DNA of 64,000 nt, from positions 2,752,001 through 2,816,000 of the forward strand of contig OZ251539.1 in assembly GCA_965243135.1 (NCBI GenBank), given 5' to 3'. Below the pieces are notes generated by a model. It did not search any database, had not been told where the DNA came from, and saw nothing but the letters and a program-made list of their open reading frames with translations. Positions 46,483 to 58,400 of the stretch are shown here, piece after piece. Every line of letters starts with the position of its first letter. Position 1 is the first letter of the stretch. The DNA comes from Alphaproteobacteria bacterium. GTDB lineage: Bacteria > Pseudomonadota > Alphaproteobacteria > MPNO01 > UBA830. The position numbers and the translations under genes were made by a program.

Positions 46483-48199
46483 AATGTGATGCGCGAACAT
46501 GTGCCGAACGGCGCCGGTCCCTTCGCCCTTGTACGACGCGAACATATTGTTGAACTCGAGGATCCCGGAAAAAAGACACGTCAGCAGATCGCGCAGATCC
46601 GGATCCGTCACTTCCTTGATTCGCGACGCCAGGATCGACAGGCACAGCAATTGCCGCGCATTGAACATCTCGTGCCAGTAGCGATAGTTGTACCCGAGCA
46701 CCTGATCGGTGTTGTAGCCTGGCTTGATCGATACGATCGGATAGGGGTCGTCCCGCCGCTCCAGCGCTTCTTCGGCTTCCGCATATAGTCGGCGGTCCTC
46801 GTCGGTGACGGGAAGATACTCCTTCCTGCCGTCGGGCGTCAGGACGAGTTTGGCGTACAGGCGATGCAGCGGCGGGCGACCGGAATCCCGAACCGTTCCG
46901 GCGACCGGAAACGTGCACGAGCAAGAAGGGCATGTCGCCTTGCGCCCGTTGGCGGGACCGATCCGGAGATCGAACGTCCGCAAACAGCGAAGGCATTTCG
47001 CGTCGGAATCGTCGTAACGGACGCGAGCGATGGCGCCGCAGTGCGGACAGACGGCCTGCGCCGCCGGGTTTTCCTTCGGATTGGCATGCCGCGCGAACAC
47101 GTAGGACGAGAAAAGATCGACTCCTTCGCGGCAGCTTGGACAACGGACGATCTTCACCCAGAAAAAATAGAGCACCTCGGCCTGCGTCCCGTCGGGAAAC
47201 GAGGCGCGGTAGAACCTGCGTATTCGATCGGCAACGTCACGCTCGATGGCGAGGAATTCCTGCAAGATCTTCTTCCGGTCGTGAATGGACAGGGCGTTTT
47301 TCACGAGGAAGTGCGCGACGGGGTTGATATCGCGGCCGATGGCGCGCGCGCCGAGTTTCGCTGCTTCTCCGATGGTCGTTCCGCTGCCCATGAACGGGTC
47401 GAAGACGGTCGCGTTCGGCACGCGAACCTGCCGATAGAACAGTTCGAGAATATCGACGCCCTTGGGCGCGAACGCGCCGATGACCATCGCGCGGAAAACG
47501 GTCCCCAGCCGTTGCGCCCACCACTTGTGAATATGGTAGATAGGCCGGTTGATTTCCTTTCGCCAGGACTCGGCCTCTGCGATGTCGCTTAGCGCTTCGA
47601 ACGGAAACGCTTCGTCCTCGATGGCTCTCGGACCGCGCGCAAGCGGGAGAACCGTCGAGGCCGCAGGCTCCAGCGGCAGTTCGGGCGCTTCGAGCGCCTT
47701 TGCGCGACGATAGCCTTTCGGCCCGCTCAAGGATTGCATTCCTTCTTTCCGCGCTCAGCCCTTGCGGGTCGACGGGCGAGGGGCAGCCAGCCTTTCGTCA
47801 CGGTTTTGCCCGAGGAGTTTCTCCAGCGCCCGCGGAAACTCCGTCATGGCGACCGACGGCGCACAGGGGCAGCGTCAGTGTCGCCGCTCGCGCGACTTGG
47901 CATAGCTCCGCCTCCGGGTCGAACCAACGGTCTCCTCAGTAAAGTAAGATGCACTTTGCGGATACGCAATCGGCTCGAGCCGTTTGCGCTGCGCCATTTT
48001 TTTGTCGGCCCCGCCGCCCGACCGCCGGCAGCCCGCAAGGGCCTCGCGGACGCCCAGTCATTAGAACGCGCCTGGAACGCACAAGCGCCAGGAACGCTTG
48101 CCGGAACGTGAGGATCGCGCGAGGGTTTCCGCCCGAAATCGAGGGTTTCGCCGACAGGTTCGCAGTCGGAGGCCCGGCGCCGCACGGACTGGCCGGTAG

Positions 48200-48760
48200 C
48201 TGGACGTTCTTGAGCTGATTGACTTGGCGGAGACGGCGATTGCGTTGTTGGAGGAGGCCGACGGCCGGCGCAGTTTCGCCGTCCATGCGCCGTTCAGGCG
48301 GCGGCCACCCGCACAGGCGCGCTTGGGGTAGGAGATGGACGAGCAGCAAGAGATTGCCGAAGCGGCCTTCCAGGCAATGGTTTCGTGCGGAGACCCGTCG
48401 GCCTGATAGAGAGCGAGGCGTCCGGGGCCGTGGAAGACGGCAAGGGTATGGTCGGGGTACTCGTGGACCCGGACCCTGGCCTTGACGTAGTGGTGACGGT
48501 CGGCCGGGATCTGCAGGGTGGGTCCCTTGTACCGCACCGTGTTGTCGTTCGAGCCGCTCCTCGTGGACGCAGAGGATGTCGTCCAGGCCGCCGGCGAAGG
48601 GTACGAAGGCCGACCCACTCGGGCGGGGTCGCGAAGCGCCGGTTGTGGTCCGGCAGGTAGACCTCCTCGAGGAAGCGGCTGGCCTCGGCCATGTCGCAGA
48701 TGTCGGCGAGCCTGAGTTCCTGGGGCAGGCGCTTCTGCAGGGTGCCGAACCTCCGAGCGC
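48200..48760 (-). mobile_element. ISNCY/IS1202-like transposase 3' remnant
   Basis: RFGTLQKRLPQELRL..YLPDHNRRFA, NDNTVRY and YVKARVRVHEYPD. Confidence 0.7.
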
Positions 48761-48769
48761 CCGCGGGCT

Positions 48770-49200
48770 TCGGGCGAGTAGCCTGCGACAGGGCCGCTCG
48801 CGTACCGCTGGTACGAAATGGCGGCGAAGACGCGGCAGAACAGAGCCTCAAGGCCCGCGAAGTCGTCCGCATCCGGAAACTCGCGCAACGGCAGTTCCTC
48901 CGCTTGCCGGCGGGACCCCACCGGCAGCAGCTTTCCCGGCAGCGCCTCGCCCGGGCTCCGCCGCGCCTCGAGGTTCGGGTAGTCCAGCCTGTAGCGCCCG
49001 TCCTCCTCGCCCGCAATGGTCAGGCGGCCGGTCCGGAACGGGAGCGCCTCGTTCCTGTCCACGTCGAAGGCCGGGCTACCGCTGCCGGTCATGCCGTCCA
49101 AGCGGGAGTGGGCAGGTTGCGGCGCGTCTGCGTCTCGATCAAGAAGGCCGGCGTCCCGGTCTCGAACCAGTACGGACGGAATGTACGCTGTCGAAGCAGC
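48770..49200 (-). pseudogene. AAA-ATPase-like protein internal fragment, copy 6
   Basis: YWFETGTPAFL, EALPFRTG.LTI and YRLDYPNLE. Confidence 0.75.
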
Positions 49201-49564
49201 GGCAGAAAGCGCCCCGGCCGGCAACTACAGAATCAAAATTGGCCGTGGGGGTGCGGGCATCGGCGAGTTCCTGAAATCCCGTCGGCACCGGACCGTCGAG
49301 CGCCGCGGGGCGGAAGCTCAGCTTGGCATCGACGCCCGCCACGGACCGACGCACCGGTCGGCATGCACGCACCGCCTCCTCGACATGCAGTTCACTCTGC
49401 CCGGTCATGGTCGGGCTTCTTCGCAGGTTGCAGAACGCTGATGAACTTGTGTATGTAATAGCTACTATATGGCTATGATGAGATTATTTTTTGCTTGACT
49501 TCTGGCCGCTTCGCCCCTATGTTTGGTGGCGTCTGGAGGTGGTCGAGACCGACGGGGAGGACGG

Positions 49565-49777
49565 ATGAGCAAAAAAAAGACGATGACGCTCAATCTCGCG
49601 GAGGCTGAGATGCGGGTTCTAGAGGAACTGAGCGCGAGGAAGGATCTGAGCAAGACAGCTCTGCTGCGCCAAGCTTTGCGCATGTACCAACTGGTCGAAG
49701 CACGTCTCGAGGGGGGAGACAAGCTCTTCTTCGAGGACGAGGAGACCAAGGAGAAGGCTGAGGTCATGATGCTATGA
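49565..49777 (+). CDS. Ribbon-helix-helix (CopG-like) protein
   Basis: KKTMTLNL....M..LEELS....LSKTALLRQAL; GGAGG RBS. Confidence 0.8.
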   Translation: MSKKKTMTLNLAEAEMRVLEELSARKDLSKTALLRQALRMYQLVEARLEGGDKLFFEDEETKEKAEVMML

Positions 49778-50390
49778 CAATCAGCCGAGTCCACCTCTTC
49801 AACGTGGAGCGCGACGAGCCGGAGGAGGCGGAGCTATGGGACGCGATCACGGAGCAACAGCTCACCGATTGGGAAGGGGAATGGATGCCGGAGTTGTTCA
49901 AGGCGGTACAGCGCCTCCAGCGTGCAGGCGTCGAGCGTCGTCACTGGCCGCAAAGCCGCCACTGGGACTGGCGCAAGAAGACGGAGAAGTTGCAGAGGAT
50001 GCTGGCTTGGCCGGGCTTTAGCATCGTCAGCGATGGAATGACGCAGGGCATGATGCTTGCCGATACGACGACGAAGCGATGTCGTATCAACAACCAGAAG
50101 GGCAGGCATCTCGTCTATGTGGAGTACAATGCGCCGTGGAACCGGAAGGAGTTGTCCCCCGCGGTATCGCGGCGTCGGCAGCCTCCTGATCAGAGCCGCG
50201 GTCGCGATGGGCGAGGACTTGGGGTTTCATGGGCGGCTTGCATTCGCTGCCGCAGGCGAACGGTTTCTACGCCAACACCTGCGGCATGACGGACCTCGGG
50301 CCTGATCCTGGCTACGACAACTTGCGCTACTTCGAGATGACACCCGAGCAGGCGCAGGTCTTCATTGCAAAAGGAGAGAGAACACCATGA
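49774..50390 (+). pseudogene. GNAT acetyltransferase (toxin-like), frameshifted
   Basis: LVYVEY..APWNR, YRGVGSLLIRAAV and LHSLPQANGFY..CGMTDLG in shifting frames. Confidence 0.75.
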
Positions 50391-50668
50391 AGAACATCGA
50401 AACAGGACAGACCGGGGACCGTCGGGAACGTCTCAGGGAGATGCAAGGAGTTGTTCGATCCTCCTCGCGATGCTGGCACAACCTTGACCGGACCACGACC
50501 GTGTAGAGCACGGAACTTGGAGACTCTCGAACGGCCGTCATCCGTTGCCGCAAAGAGGAGATTTCTACGCCAACCACCTGTGGCATGACGGATGCTGGCC
50601 ATGGGAGCCCCCATCGCTTCGAAATGATGCCCGGAGGGCACTGGTCTTTTTTGCTAAGGGGAACGCTC

Positions 50669-51149
50669 ATGAAGATGGAAATCAGCGAGGAGTGGTGCAT
50701 GCGCATGGCGCAGCTTGAGGGCGATGCCGAAATCGGAGCCGGTCGGTTGGCGGTCGACCCGGCGTTCGATGGCGAAACCGTTTCGGTCGCGGCGAGCGAT
50801 GAAGAGGGACCGAGCATCGCATTCGGTCGTTTTGTCAGCCTAATGCGCCGTCGTCGTGGAATCAGCCTCGAGGAGCTAGCCGATAACGCGGATGTGGACA
50901 TGACGGACCTAGTCGAGATTGAGAGCGACCCGCATCACAAGCCAGAGTTGCGCACGGCCTATCAGTTGGCCAATTATTTCAATGTGCCGCGGTCCGGTCT
51001 CCTGCAGGTAGCCGGACTCACCGCGCCGAAGGATGCGAGGCTGTTCGATGAAGCCGTCCGGTTTGCCGCACGATCCGATGACAGCGCTCACGCCCGAAGA
51101 AGGAGCTGCGCTGGAATCGTTCGTCGCCGTGCTCAGCAAACAGAAGTAA
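50669..51149 (+). CDS. XRE-family HTH protein (frameshift near 3' end)
   Basis: FGRFV.LMRRRRGISLEELA..ADVD...LVEIE. Confidence 0.75.
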
Positions 51150-51165
51150 CGAACAGGATCCGAGT

Positions 51166-52100
51166 TTGGCCATAAACCGGATCATCTCCGCCAAGACCGC
51201 TAGTGATATCGACGGCCGTGTCGAGCGTGTTTTGCGGGGGCTTGGTCATCCCGAGCCCCCGCTCCGGCTGGAGGAAGTGCGCGAGCTGTTGCGGCTTGAT
51301 CTCGCATTTTACACCGCTAATGACCCCAGCGTTATACATGAGGCAATCAGCCGGATCCGCGTTGCGGGAATCCAGATCTACAAACGGCCGATGTTGCTCA
51401 TCGACGCGATCCAGAAATCCTCGCTCAGTGCGCTCTACCTTCCGGATCGAAAGAGGATACTTCTGGATGCGGCACTCCCCCGGCTAAAGCACGCTGGAAC
51501 GAGGCGCACGAAATCGGTCACAGTGTCATTCCTTGGCACGAGGACGTGATGCTCGGAGACAATGCCCGCACGCTGTCTCCAGACTGTAGGGAGCAGGTCG
51601 AAGCGGAGGCCAATTTTGCTGCGGGAAGGCTTTTGTTTCTTCGGGACCGCTTCACCGACGAGGTTCGCTCTGTCGAGCCATCGATCAAGGCTATCCAAAG
51701 GCTTCGAAATATCTTTGGAAACACGCTTTCGACGACATTGTACCGGTTCGTCGAATCTGCCGGCACCGACCTTCCGCTAGTGGGAATGATCACCGGTCAT
51801 CCTCATGCATCGCGACGGTAGGACGACTTTGATCCGTCCGACCCATGCAGACATCTCATTCAGTCACCGGCTTTTGCGCACTGCTTTGGAAGAACGTCAG
51901 GATCGGATCTGTTCTCAGCCGTAGCCACCTATTGCGGTGCACAGAGAGGCGGTCCGCTGGGAGAAGATGAAATCACCCTGACGGACGATAACGGCGACCG
52001 ACACCGCTTCCACTTCGAGACATTCTTCAACCAATACGACGCCTTAACTCTTGGTCGATATATTCGCCCGGAGATACGAATCATGGCGGCTTCCGCATAG
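51166..52100 (+). pseudogene. ImmA/IrrE-family metallopeptidase
   Basis: AHEIGH..IPWH and EAEANFAAGRLLF; frameshift near 51495 and internal TAG at 51819. Confidence 0.8.
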
Positions 52101-52321
52101 ACGGACGACTGGACCATGGTAAACGTTCGGTCGTGCAATGACGGTCCATTTGGGTGTAGTTATTGCAAAACTTTCGGAAGCAACGCATGCTGCGTTTCGG
52201 CCAACATTCTGTTGCACCTTGTCGCTTGGAGCATCTTTTTTTGCCTCCCGCTCCCTGATCGTGCGAAAATCCGCGTCTGGAACGGAATTTTGTCACGAAA
52301 TAGCCGACTTCAACCTTGAAA

Positions 52322-53493
52322 GTAAGCGTTCGTTTTCTGGGTGATCTGCCTGTTCCGCCTCCAGTCCCGGTGCGGGGCAGGCTGCGTTGATTTTGCGTTG
52401 TATTTCCGGGTTTCTTGCTTCCTCAGGTTTTCGCGAACCGCCCATGGCTTCGAGCGAGCCCCTTGAGGTTCGACGGCGGAAGTCCGCCTCGCTCGACCGG
52501 ACGACGCTCCCGTTCGACGGAACCGCAGCCTGGAGTTCAGGCGTTTCGCCGCTTGCGACGCATGCGTGCGCCGCCCCTGCCGCCGCCTCGAGGACGGGCA
52601 ATGAACGCCACCGCCCCGTTCTCGCCCTGGCGCAAGCGTCTCTCTTGATGATCGGCACCGCGGATACTGTCTCTGGAAAGGATGCTCATGACCGCCTTCG
52701 AAATAGCCAGATTCGCCGTCACTTTCGCCAACGACGAACGCGGGCAACAACAGCGCGCGGCCACGCAGCAGCGGAGCGCAGCCATGCTGCAACAGCGCGA
52801 AGCCGAAGAACGCCGCCACGAGGAGAACATGACGGCGCTCAAGGCGCTGATAGCCGGCCGCCAGACCGCCGCGCCGGAAACCGTCGCCGAACGAACGACG
52901 CCGACGGACGACGGGGCGGGAACAAAGGGTGCCTGACGCCCTTCCCCGTCGGCAAGACCTCGAAGTCGAGCGACTGTCGCGGTCGCGCGGGGCCGACGAC
53001 AACGCCGCTTGCAGGCGCGAAACTCGACCTACCCGGTGACCTTTTCTCCGTTTTTCGCGCAAGGCTTGCCGCGGACGGCGGCCAAAAACCGGGCAAGCGC
53101 GGCGCCCGTCCGCGCGACGGCGACCCGGGCCGTCGTCCCCCGCCGGGCCTCTCGTTCCGTGTCGCTCTTTCGCGCGGTGCGCTCGCTCTTGCGGGCCAAC
53201 TTGCAAAGCTTACGCGCCGCAGGCGTCGCTCGCCGAGTCGCTTCCTCGACTTCGCCGTGGGCGGCCAGTTCAAGTTCGTTCGCCGAAGAGGCCGACTTCA
53301 GGCGTTTCAGCGCGCCGCCGCCGCGGCGCTGCGTTAACGCCTCCCTTGCCTCCGCGCGACGCGCGCGCCTCGTCCCGCCGGAGCGTTGCCGACAGCGAAG
53401 CCCCCCGTCCGTCGGTCGCAATCCGGTGCGCAAGGGTCCCGCGTCCGGTCCCCGGACGAAATTTTCCTCGTCCCCCGGGTAGCGAACGCTTAC
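52322..53493 (+). mobile_element. IS66-ended non-autonomous element C
   Basis: Same TIRs as A and B; passenger ORF MTAFEIARFAV at 52688..52936. Confidence 0.8.
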
Positions 53494-53568
53494 ATTCTAG
53501 ACCTGCACCCACATCGGTCCGCCGACCATTAACGATTTTGATGAATTTCCGCACCGCCGGTCGGCCGT

Positions 53569-53784
53569 TTGCGGAGCGCGTCGAGCTTGAGGAGAGGGGC
53601 TTTCGAGACGCCCGCATCCTCAGGGGTTCGAGGGGAATCTCCGGGAACCGGTCGACCGGACGCCGCTCGGTTTCGTCGCTTCGCCCGAGCGCTCCCACCC
53701 TTCCTCGCGGACGGCGAACTGACGCCCTACATGACCGGGCAGGCGGTCGACGGCGGGGCAACGCTCCGGCTCGCCGCCAAGTGA
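53569..53784 (+). pseudogene. SDR 3' fragment duplicated from about 57497..57691
   Basis: RTPLG.VASPE..FLADG..YMTGQ.VDGG; near-identical DNA. Confidence 0.7.
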
Positions 53785-53976
53785 CGACACGCACCGGCAG
53801 GCGGCCCGCCCGCCTTGCCAGGCACCCAACGGTCGTGCCATCTCCCCGTCGTTCGCCGGACAAGCGGTCGCGGGCTGCTGCTTGCGAAGCCTTTTGCACA
53901 AGGATAACGTGAGCTTCGCGGTCAAAACAATCCGCAAACGCCGCTCAGGCCTGCCGACGCATGAAGGAAAACGCCG

Positions 53977-54276
53977 ATGTCCAACCGCTGGTTCATCTAC
54001 ATGCCTCAAATAGAGGCAGACAGTTTTGTGTTCTTTTACTTCAAGGGGAGTCCGAAGGAGCGGAGTTGGAGCGTGCGGAACTACACGTCTCCTGACGCCG
54101 TTCAAAAAAGAGAACCGATTCGCCGCTATGCGTCGAAATTACCGAACGCGTTTCCCTGGACGGCGGAACAGGTTCTCGGAATGGCCGAACGCAAAGAGAT
54201 TGCGACCGTACATCCCACCTCCGATTTTGATTGGTACCATCGAAAGATCCGCGAGCTCAACGAACAGCTATGCTGA
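53977..54276 (+). CDS. Hypothetical protein
   Basis: 99-aa ORF in a lower-GC patch with an AAGGA RBS-like site; no family recognised. Confidence 0.4.
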   Translation: MSNRWFIYMPQIEADSFVFFYFKGSPKERSWSVRNYTSPDAVQKREPIRRYASKLPNAFPWTAEQVLGMAERKEIATVHPTSDFDWYHRKIRELNEQLC

Positions 54277-54660
54277 ATTTACGGATCAGGTTCTACCCCT
54301 GCGGAGAAATGTCTGCCGCCGCGTGGCGGATTTTGGCGGAGTTCGCAAGTGTATCCATTCGCCGTTGGCGCGGGCGGCCCTCGTACGGCCAAGGAGATGA
54401 TGCCGCTATCAACCATGAAGCGCAACGCAGGCAGGCAGTCGGCGATCTCTGTCGAGAGGGCGGGTCAAGGCACCGCGGCGGGGCGGGGCCGGTCTCGACC
54501 GAGCGAGCCAGGGGCTGAACTCGGCGAGCATGCGTAGCGGACAAACACCCATTCGGCGGGCCGTTGCGGCGGGAGGGCTCTTTCTCTACGTGTAGACAGC
54601 CTTTCCGGTTGCCCGTCTCGCCGCCTGCCGCTCCGACACGGAGACTTTCGCACCCTCAGC

Positions 54661-55569
54661 ATGGCCAGCATCTCCATAGTTATCCGCGCTCTCAACGAGG
54701 CCGCTCACCTGCCCCGGCTCTTCGACGGCATAGCTCGTCAGACCCGCAAGCCCGACGAGATCGTCCTCGTCGATTCAGGATCGACGGACGATTCGGTGTC
54801 GATCAGCGAACGGGCCGGCGCAAGAGTTGTTTCGATCGCGCCTTCCGCGTTCACCTTCGGACGCGCCCTCAACGTCGGGTGCGACGCGGCGTCGGGCGAC
54901 CTTCTCGTGTTCGCCAGCGCCCATACCTATCCAGCCGACGAACATTGGTTGGAGCGCCTGACGGCACCGCTGGAAGCGCATGACGACGTCGCGCTCGTTT
55001 ACGGGCGACAGACCGGCGACGAACGGAGCGCTTTTTCCGAGATCGAGATCATGCGACGATGGTTTCCGCCGGAAACGGATCAAGATCAGGACCATCCTTT
55101 CTGCAACAACGCCAACTGCGCGGTGCGGGCGTCGGTGCGGGCGGCGTATCCATACGACGAGGAGTTGACCGGGTTGGAAGACATAGCGTGGGCTTTTCGG
55201 GTCCAGCAGGACGACCTCCGCATCTGGTACGAGGCCGACGCTGTCGTCGTCCACATGCACGAGGAAGGATTCTCGCGGATCGTCAACCGGTACCGGCGAG
55301 AGGCGCACAAGAGAATTTTCGGCAGGATGTACATGCCGGAAACGGTCGGCCTTTTTCTCGCCAACACGGCGCGCGACTATCTGGCGGCCGTGTTCCGGCG
55401 GCGACTGCTGGCGAACCTGTGGGCGATTCCGCGGTTCGCCCAGTTCTGGGGCACGTGGCGGGGCTTTCGTCAGGTTGCGGAGCCTTCCCTGGTTCTGAAG
55501 CGCCGTTTCTACTATCCGCGAGGATTCGAGTGGCGTTTCAAGAAGCCCCGCCCGGGAAAACGCCCATGA
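54661..55569 (+). CDS. Glycosyltransferase family 2
   Basis: ISIVIRALNE, LVDSGSTD, ALNVG and LED..WA motifs. Confidence 0.9.
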   Translation: MASISIVIRALNEAAHLPRLFDGIARQTRKPDEIVLVDSGSTDDSVSISERAGARVVSIAPSAFTFGRALNVGCDAASGDLLVFASAHTYPADEHWLERLTAPLEAHDDVALVYGRQTGDERSAFSEIEIMRRWFPPETDQDQDHPFCNNANCAVRASVRAAYPYDEELTGLEDIAWAFRVQQDDLRIWYEADAVVVHMHEEGFSRIVNRYRREAHKRIFGRMYMPETVGLFLANTARDYLAAVFRRRLLANLWAIPRFAQFWGTWRGFRQVAEPSLVLKRRFYYPRGFEWRFKKPRPGKRP

Positions 55570-56154
55570 ACGTCGTCGCGTTCGTCCCCATGCGCCGCGA
55601 GCGCGTGCCGGGCAAGAACTACAGGCCGTTCGCCGGCCGGCCGCTGTTCCACGTCCATGCGCTGCTGCGCGGAAGTGCACCGACAGCCCGACCGTCGCGG
55701 AGCAGTGTGCGGAGCGTTTTCCGTCGATACGGGTACCGTCCCGAGCGGCTGCTCGGCGGCGAAGTCGAAATGACCGAGATTCTGCGCCACGACGCCGGGA
55801 TCGTGGATTGCGACTGGTACCTTCAAACTCAGCCCATTGCTGCGTTCGGAAACCATTTCGAGGAGCTTGCGCGTTCTGGAGGAGAACCGCCACGATTCGT
55901 TGATGTCCGTAACCCGCCTGCAGACCCGGCTCTACGACGCAGCCGGACGCCCGGTCAACCCAAAGGTGTTGCTCCGCACCCAGGATCTGCCGCCGCCGTT
56001 CGAGGAGAACTCCGAAATCTACGTCTTCACGCGCGAGCAGGACGGCCGCCGGTTCGGAGACCGGCCGCTGCTCTTCGAGACCGGTCGAGGCGACCGGGCC
56101 GATTTCGCGCTCGCCGAAGCGCTCCACCATTCGCGGCGAAAGGACAAGCCGTGA
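55566..56154 (+). pseudogene. Acylneuraminate-type cytidylyltransferase, frameshifted
   Basis: VAFVPMR..ERVPGKN.R.FAGRPL and RTQDLPP.FEENS.IYVF. Confidence 0.8.
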
Positions 56155-57009
56155 GGGTCGCCGTCACTTGCCTGCAACTCGTTCGGGACATCGACGACGC
56201 GCGAACGGCCATGGAGGAGGCCGGCTTCGAGCTTCGGATTCCCGAGGGCCAGCACCTCGAAGGAGACGCACTGGTCGCGGCTCTCGAAGGGTGCGTCGGC
56301 GTCGTGCGACGATCGTTTCACTGCGGACGTCCTGGCCGCGACTGCCCGACCTGCGCGCGATCTCCAAGTGGGGCGTCGGCGTCGACGGGCGCGAGGCGGC
56401 CGCGGCGCGGGGGGTCACGGTTACGCCGGGCATGTTCGACGACGAGGTCGCGGACGTGGCCATGGCCTGCGCGCTTCTGCGCCAGCTGCACGCGGTAAAC
56501 GACGGCGTGAAGCGCGGGCAATGGCCGAAGCCTGCGGGACGGTCGGCGAAAGGCTTGGGGGATTGTCGGGCTGGGCAGCACGGGCGTTGGCGCACCGCGC
56601 CGCCGCCGCGGGCATGAACGTCGCGGGATCCGGCGCCCGAGAGCCGCGCCGCCGCCGAATCCATTGGCGTAGCGCCGGTCTCTCTCGACGAGCTGCTGTC
56701 GACGAGCGACGCGTTTCATTGCCCGCTTGTCCCCGAGACGCATCATCTTGCCGACGGTATCGCCGCCATGAAGCCGGGGGCGTTCGTGGACAGGCCGGGG
56801 CGCGCTGACCGGGGCGTTGGTTTCGGCGCTGAATTCGAGGCATGTGGCCGGCGCCGCGCTCGACGTGGAGGAACCGCCAGGTCCGTCGAACCCAATTCGC
56901 GACGCCGACAACGTGGGGATCCCACAACGCCTCCAATACGCTGGAGGCCTCGGCGCGCACGCGCGGCGATCGCAAATCTCGCCCGGGCCGCGAGGTTCGC
57001 TTCGCGTGA
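56151..57009 (+). pseudogene. D-isomer 2-hydroxyacid (phosphoglycerate-type) dehydrogenase, frameshifted
   Basis: LRAISKWGVGVD, TPGMF.DEVAD, MKPGA and VAGAALDV. Confidence 0.75.
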
Positions 57010-57691
57010 GACGGGTCGTCGTCACCGGAGCGTGCGGCGGGGGGCCGCGGCAGCCGCATTCACGCACCGAGGCTGGCGGGTAGTCGACAACCGCGAGCGG
57101 GACCCGGATCTGGCCGTGGACCGCTTCGAACGGGCGGATCTCGGTACCGACGGCGAAGTCGCGAACCTGTTCGCGCGCCTCTCCGGCGAAGGCCCCATGG
57201 AGGCTCTCGTGAACAACGCCGCCGTCGGGCTCGACAAGCCTTTGCGCGACACGACCGACGACGACTGGAAACGGGACATCAACCTCCGCAGCGCCTTTCA
57301 GTGCGGAGGCGCGGCGATTTCTGGCCCTGGCGAAGGGGCGCGGTCGTCAACGTCGGGTCCGTGCACTCCACGTCGGCGAACGCCGCCGTCTACGCCGTGA
57401 CCAAAGGCGCGCTTTGCACTCTCACGCGGGCGGCGGCCCTCGAACTGGCTGCTGACGGCGTAAGGTGCAACGTCGTTCTTCCCGGCGCCGACGGCTGCGA
57501 GAGGGGCTTTCGAGACGCCCGCATCCTCAGGGGCCGGAGGGGAATTTCCGGGAACTGGTCGACCGGACGCCGCTCGGTTTCGTCGCTTCGCCCGAGCGCT
57601 CCCACCCTTCCTGGCGGACGGCGAACTGACGCCCTACATGACCGGGCAAGCGGTCGACGGCGGGGCGACGCTCCGGCTCGCCACCGAGTGA
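57006..57691 (+). pseudogene. Classical SDR oxidoreductase, frameshifted
   Basis: VVVTGACGG, LVNNAA and YAVTKGA..LTRAAALELA..GVRCN.V.PG. Confidence 0.8.
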
Positions 57692-57796
57692 CGACGCGGA
57701 CTGGCAGGCGGTCCGTCCGCCTTGCGCTCTCGTTCGACATCGACGCAACGGAGGGCCTCAACGTCTCCCGGACGGCTCAAGCTTGTCGCGGCCTGA

Positions 57797-58045
57797 CGTC
57801 ACGCCATCGTCGTTGGCACCCGTCCACCTCGAGAAGCCTTCTCAACATCCCCACGACATCGGTATGGACCGGCGAGTTCGTGGCCGTTTCTTCGGGGTCT
57901 TGCGAGAGGTTGAACAGTTGTAGCGGCAGAGGCTTGGGCCCGGAGCACGTGAAGCCGCCGTGCCGTGCGGCCCCGGACATGGCGGGAAGGCTGGCCGAGA
58001 GCGGAGGCGTCGCCCATGGCCCCGAAGACCGGGAGCGGCGCGTGG
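57797..58045 (-). repeat. Repeat with sulfatase-like C-terminal fragment, copy 2
   Basis: LQLFNLSQDPEET..N..H.DVV..LRRLLE; homologous to 8340..8585. Confidence 0.6.
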
Positions 58046-58065
58046 AGCGCGGCGTCTGGGCCGGC

Positions 58066-58400
58066 TTCGTCTTCTTGAAGACGCGCTCCAGAAGGGCGCG
58101 AATGACCGCCATGTCCAGGCGTACGGTGTCGCGGCGTCGGCGGACGGTTTCCACGACCGCGTCGGCCGCTTCTTCGGGCTCGGCGGTCAGCGCTGTCGGA
58201 AGGTCCGTTAGTCGGACGAAACCCGGCTTTACGACGTGAACGCCCGGTCAACCGGTTGCACAAGCCCGACAGGAAGGCGGTAAACCCCGCCTTCGCCAAG
58301 CCGTAGTCCCGCCCGCCCGCCACTGAGCCGACCAAGACGCCGCTGCCATGGCGGCGGGCCGCAGGGCGCGGCAAGCTTGACTCGCGGAACGAAAGCGCCC
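58066..58400 (-). pseudogene. SDR (DprE2-like) 3' fragment
   Basis: SVAG.R.YG.AKAGFTAFLSGL.NRL, VKPGFV and ERVFKK. Confidence 0.65.

Larger units (their letters stand above)
43848..47739 (-). pseudogene. Amino-DNA methyltransferase (DUF1156-like, with Zn-finger insert) split by an IS
   Basis: IHKWWAQR, FDPFMGSGTT and CxxC clusters in the 5' half; LTDPPF in the 3' half; the frame rejoins as HMFAHHI-LKPER. Confidence 0.88.
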
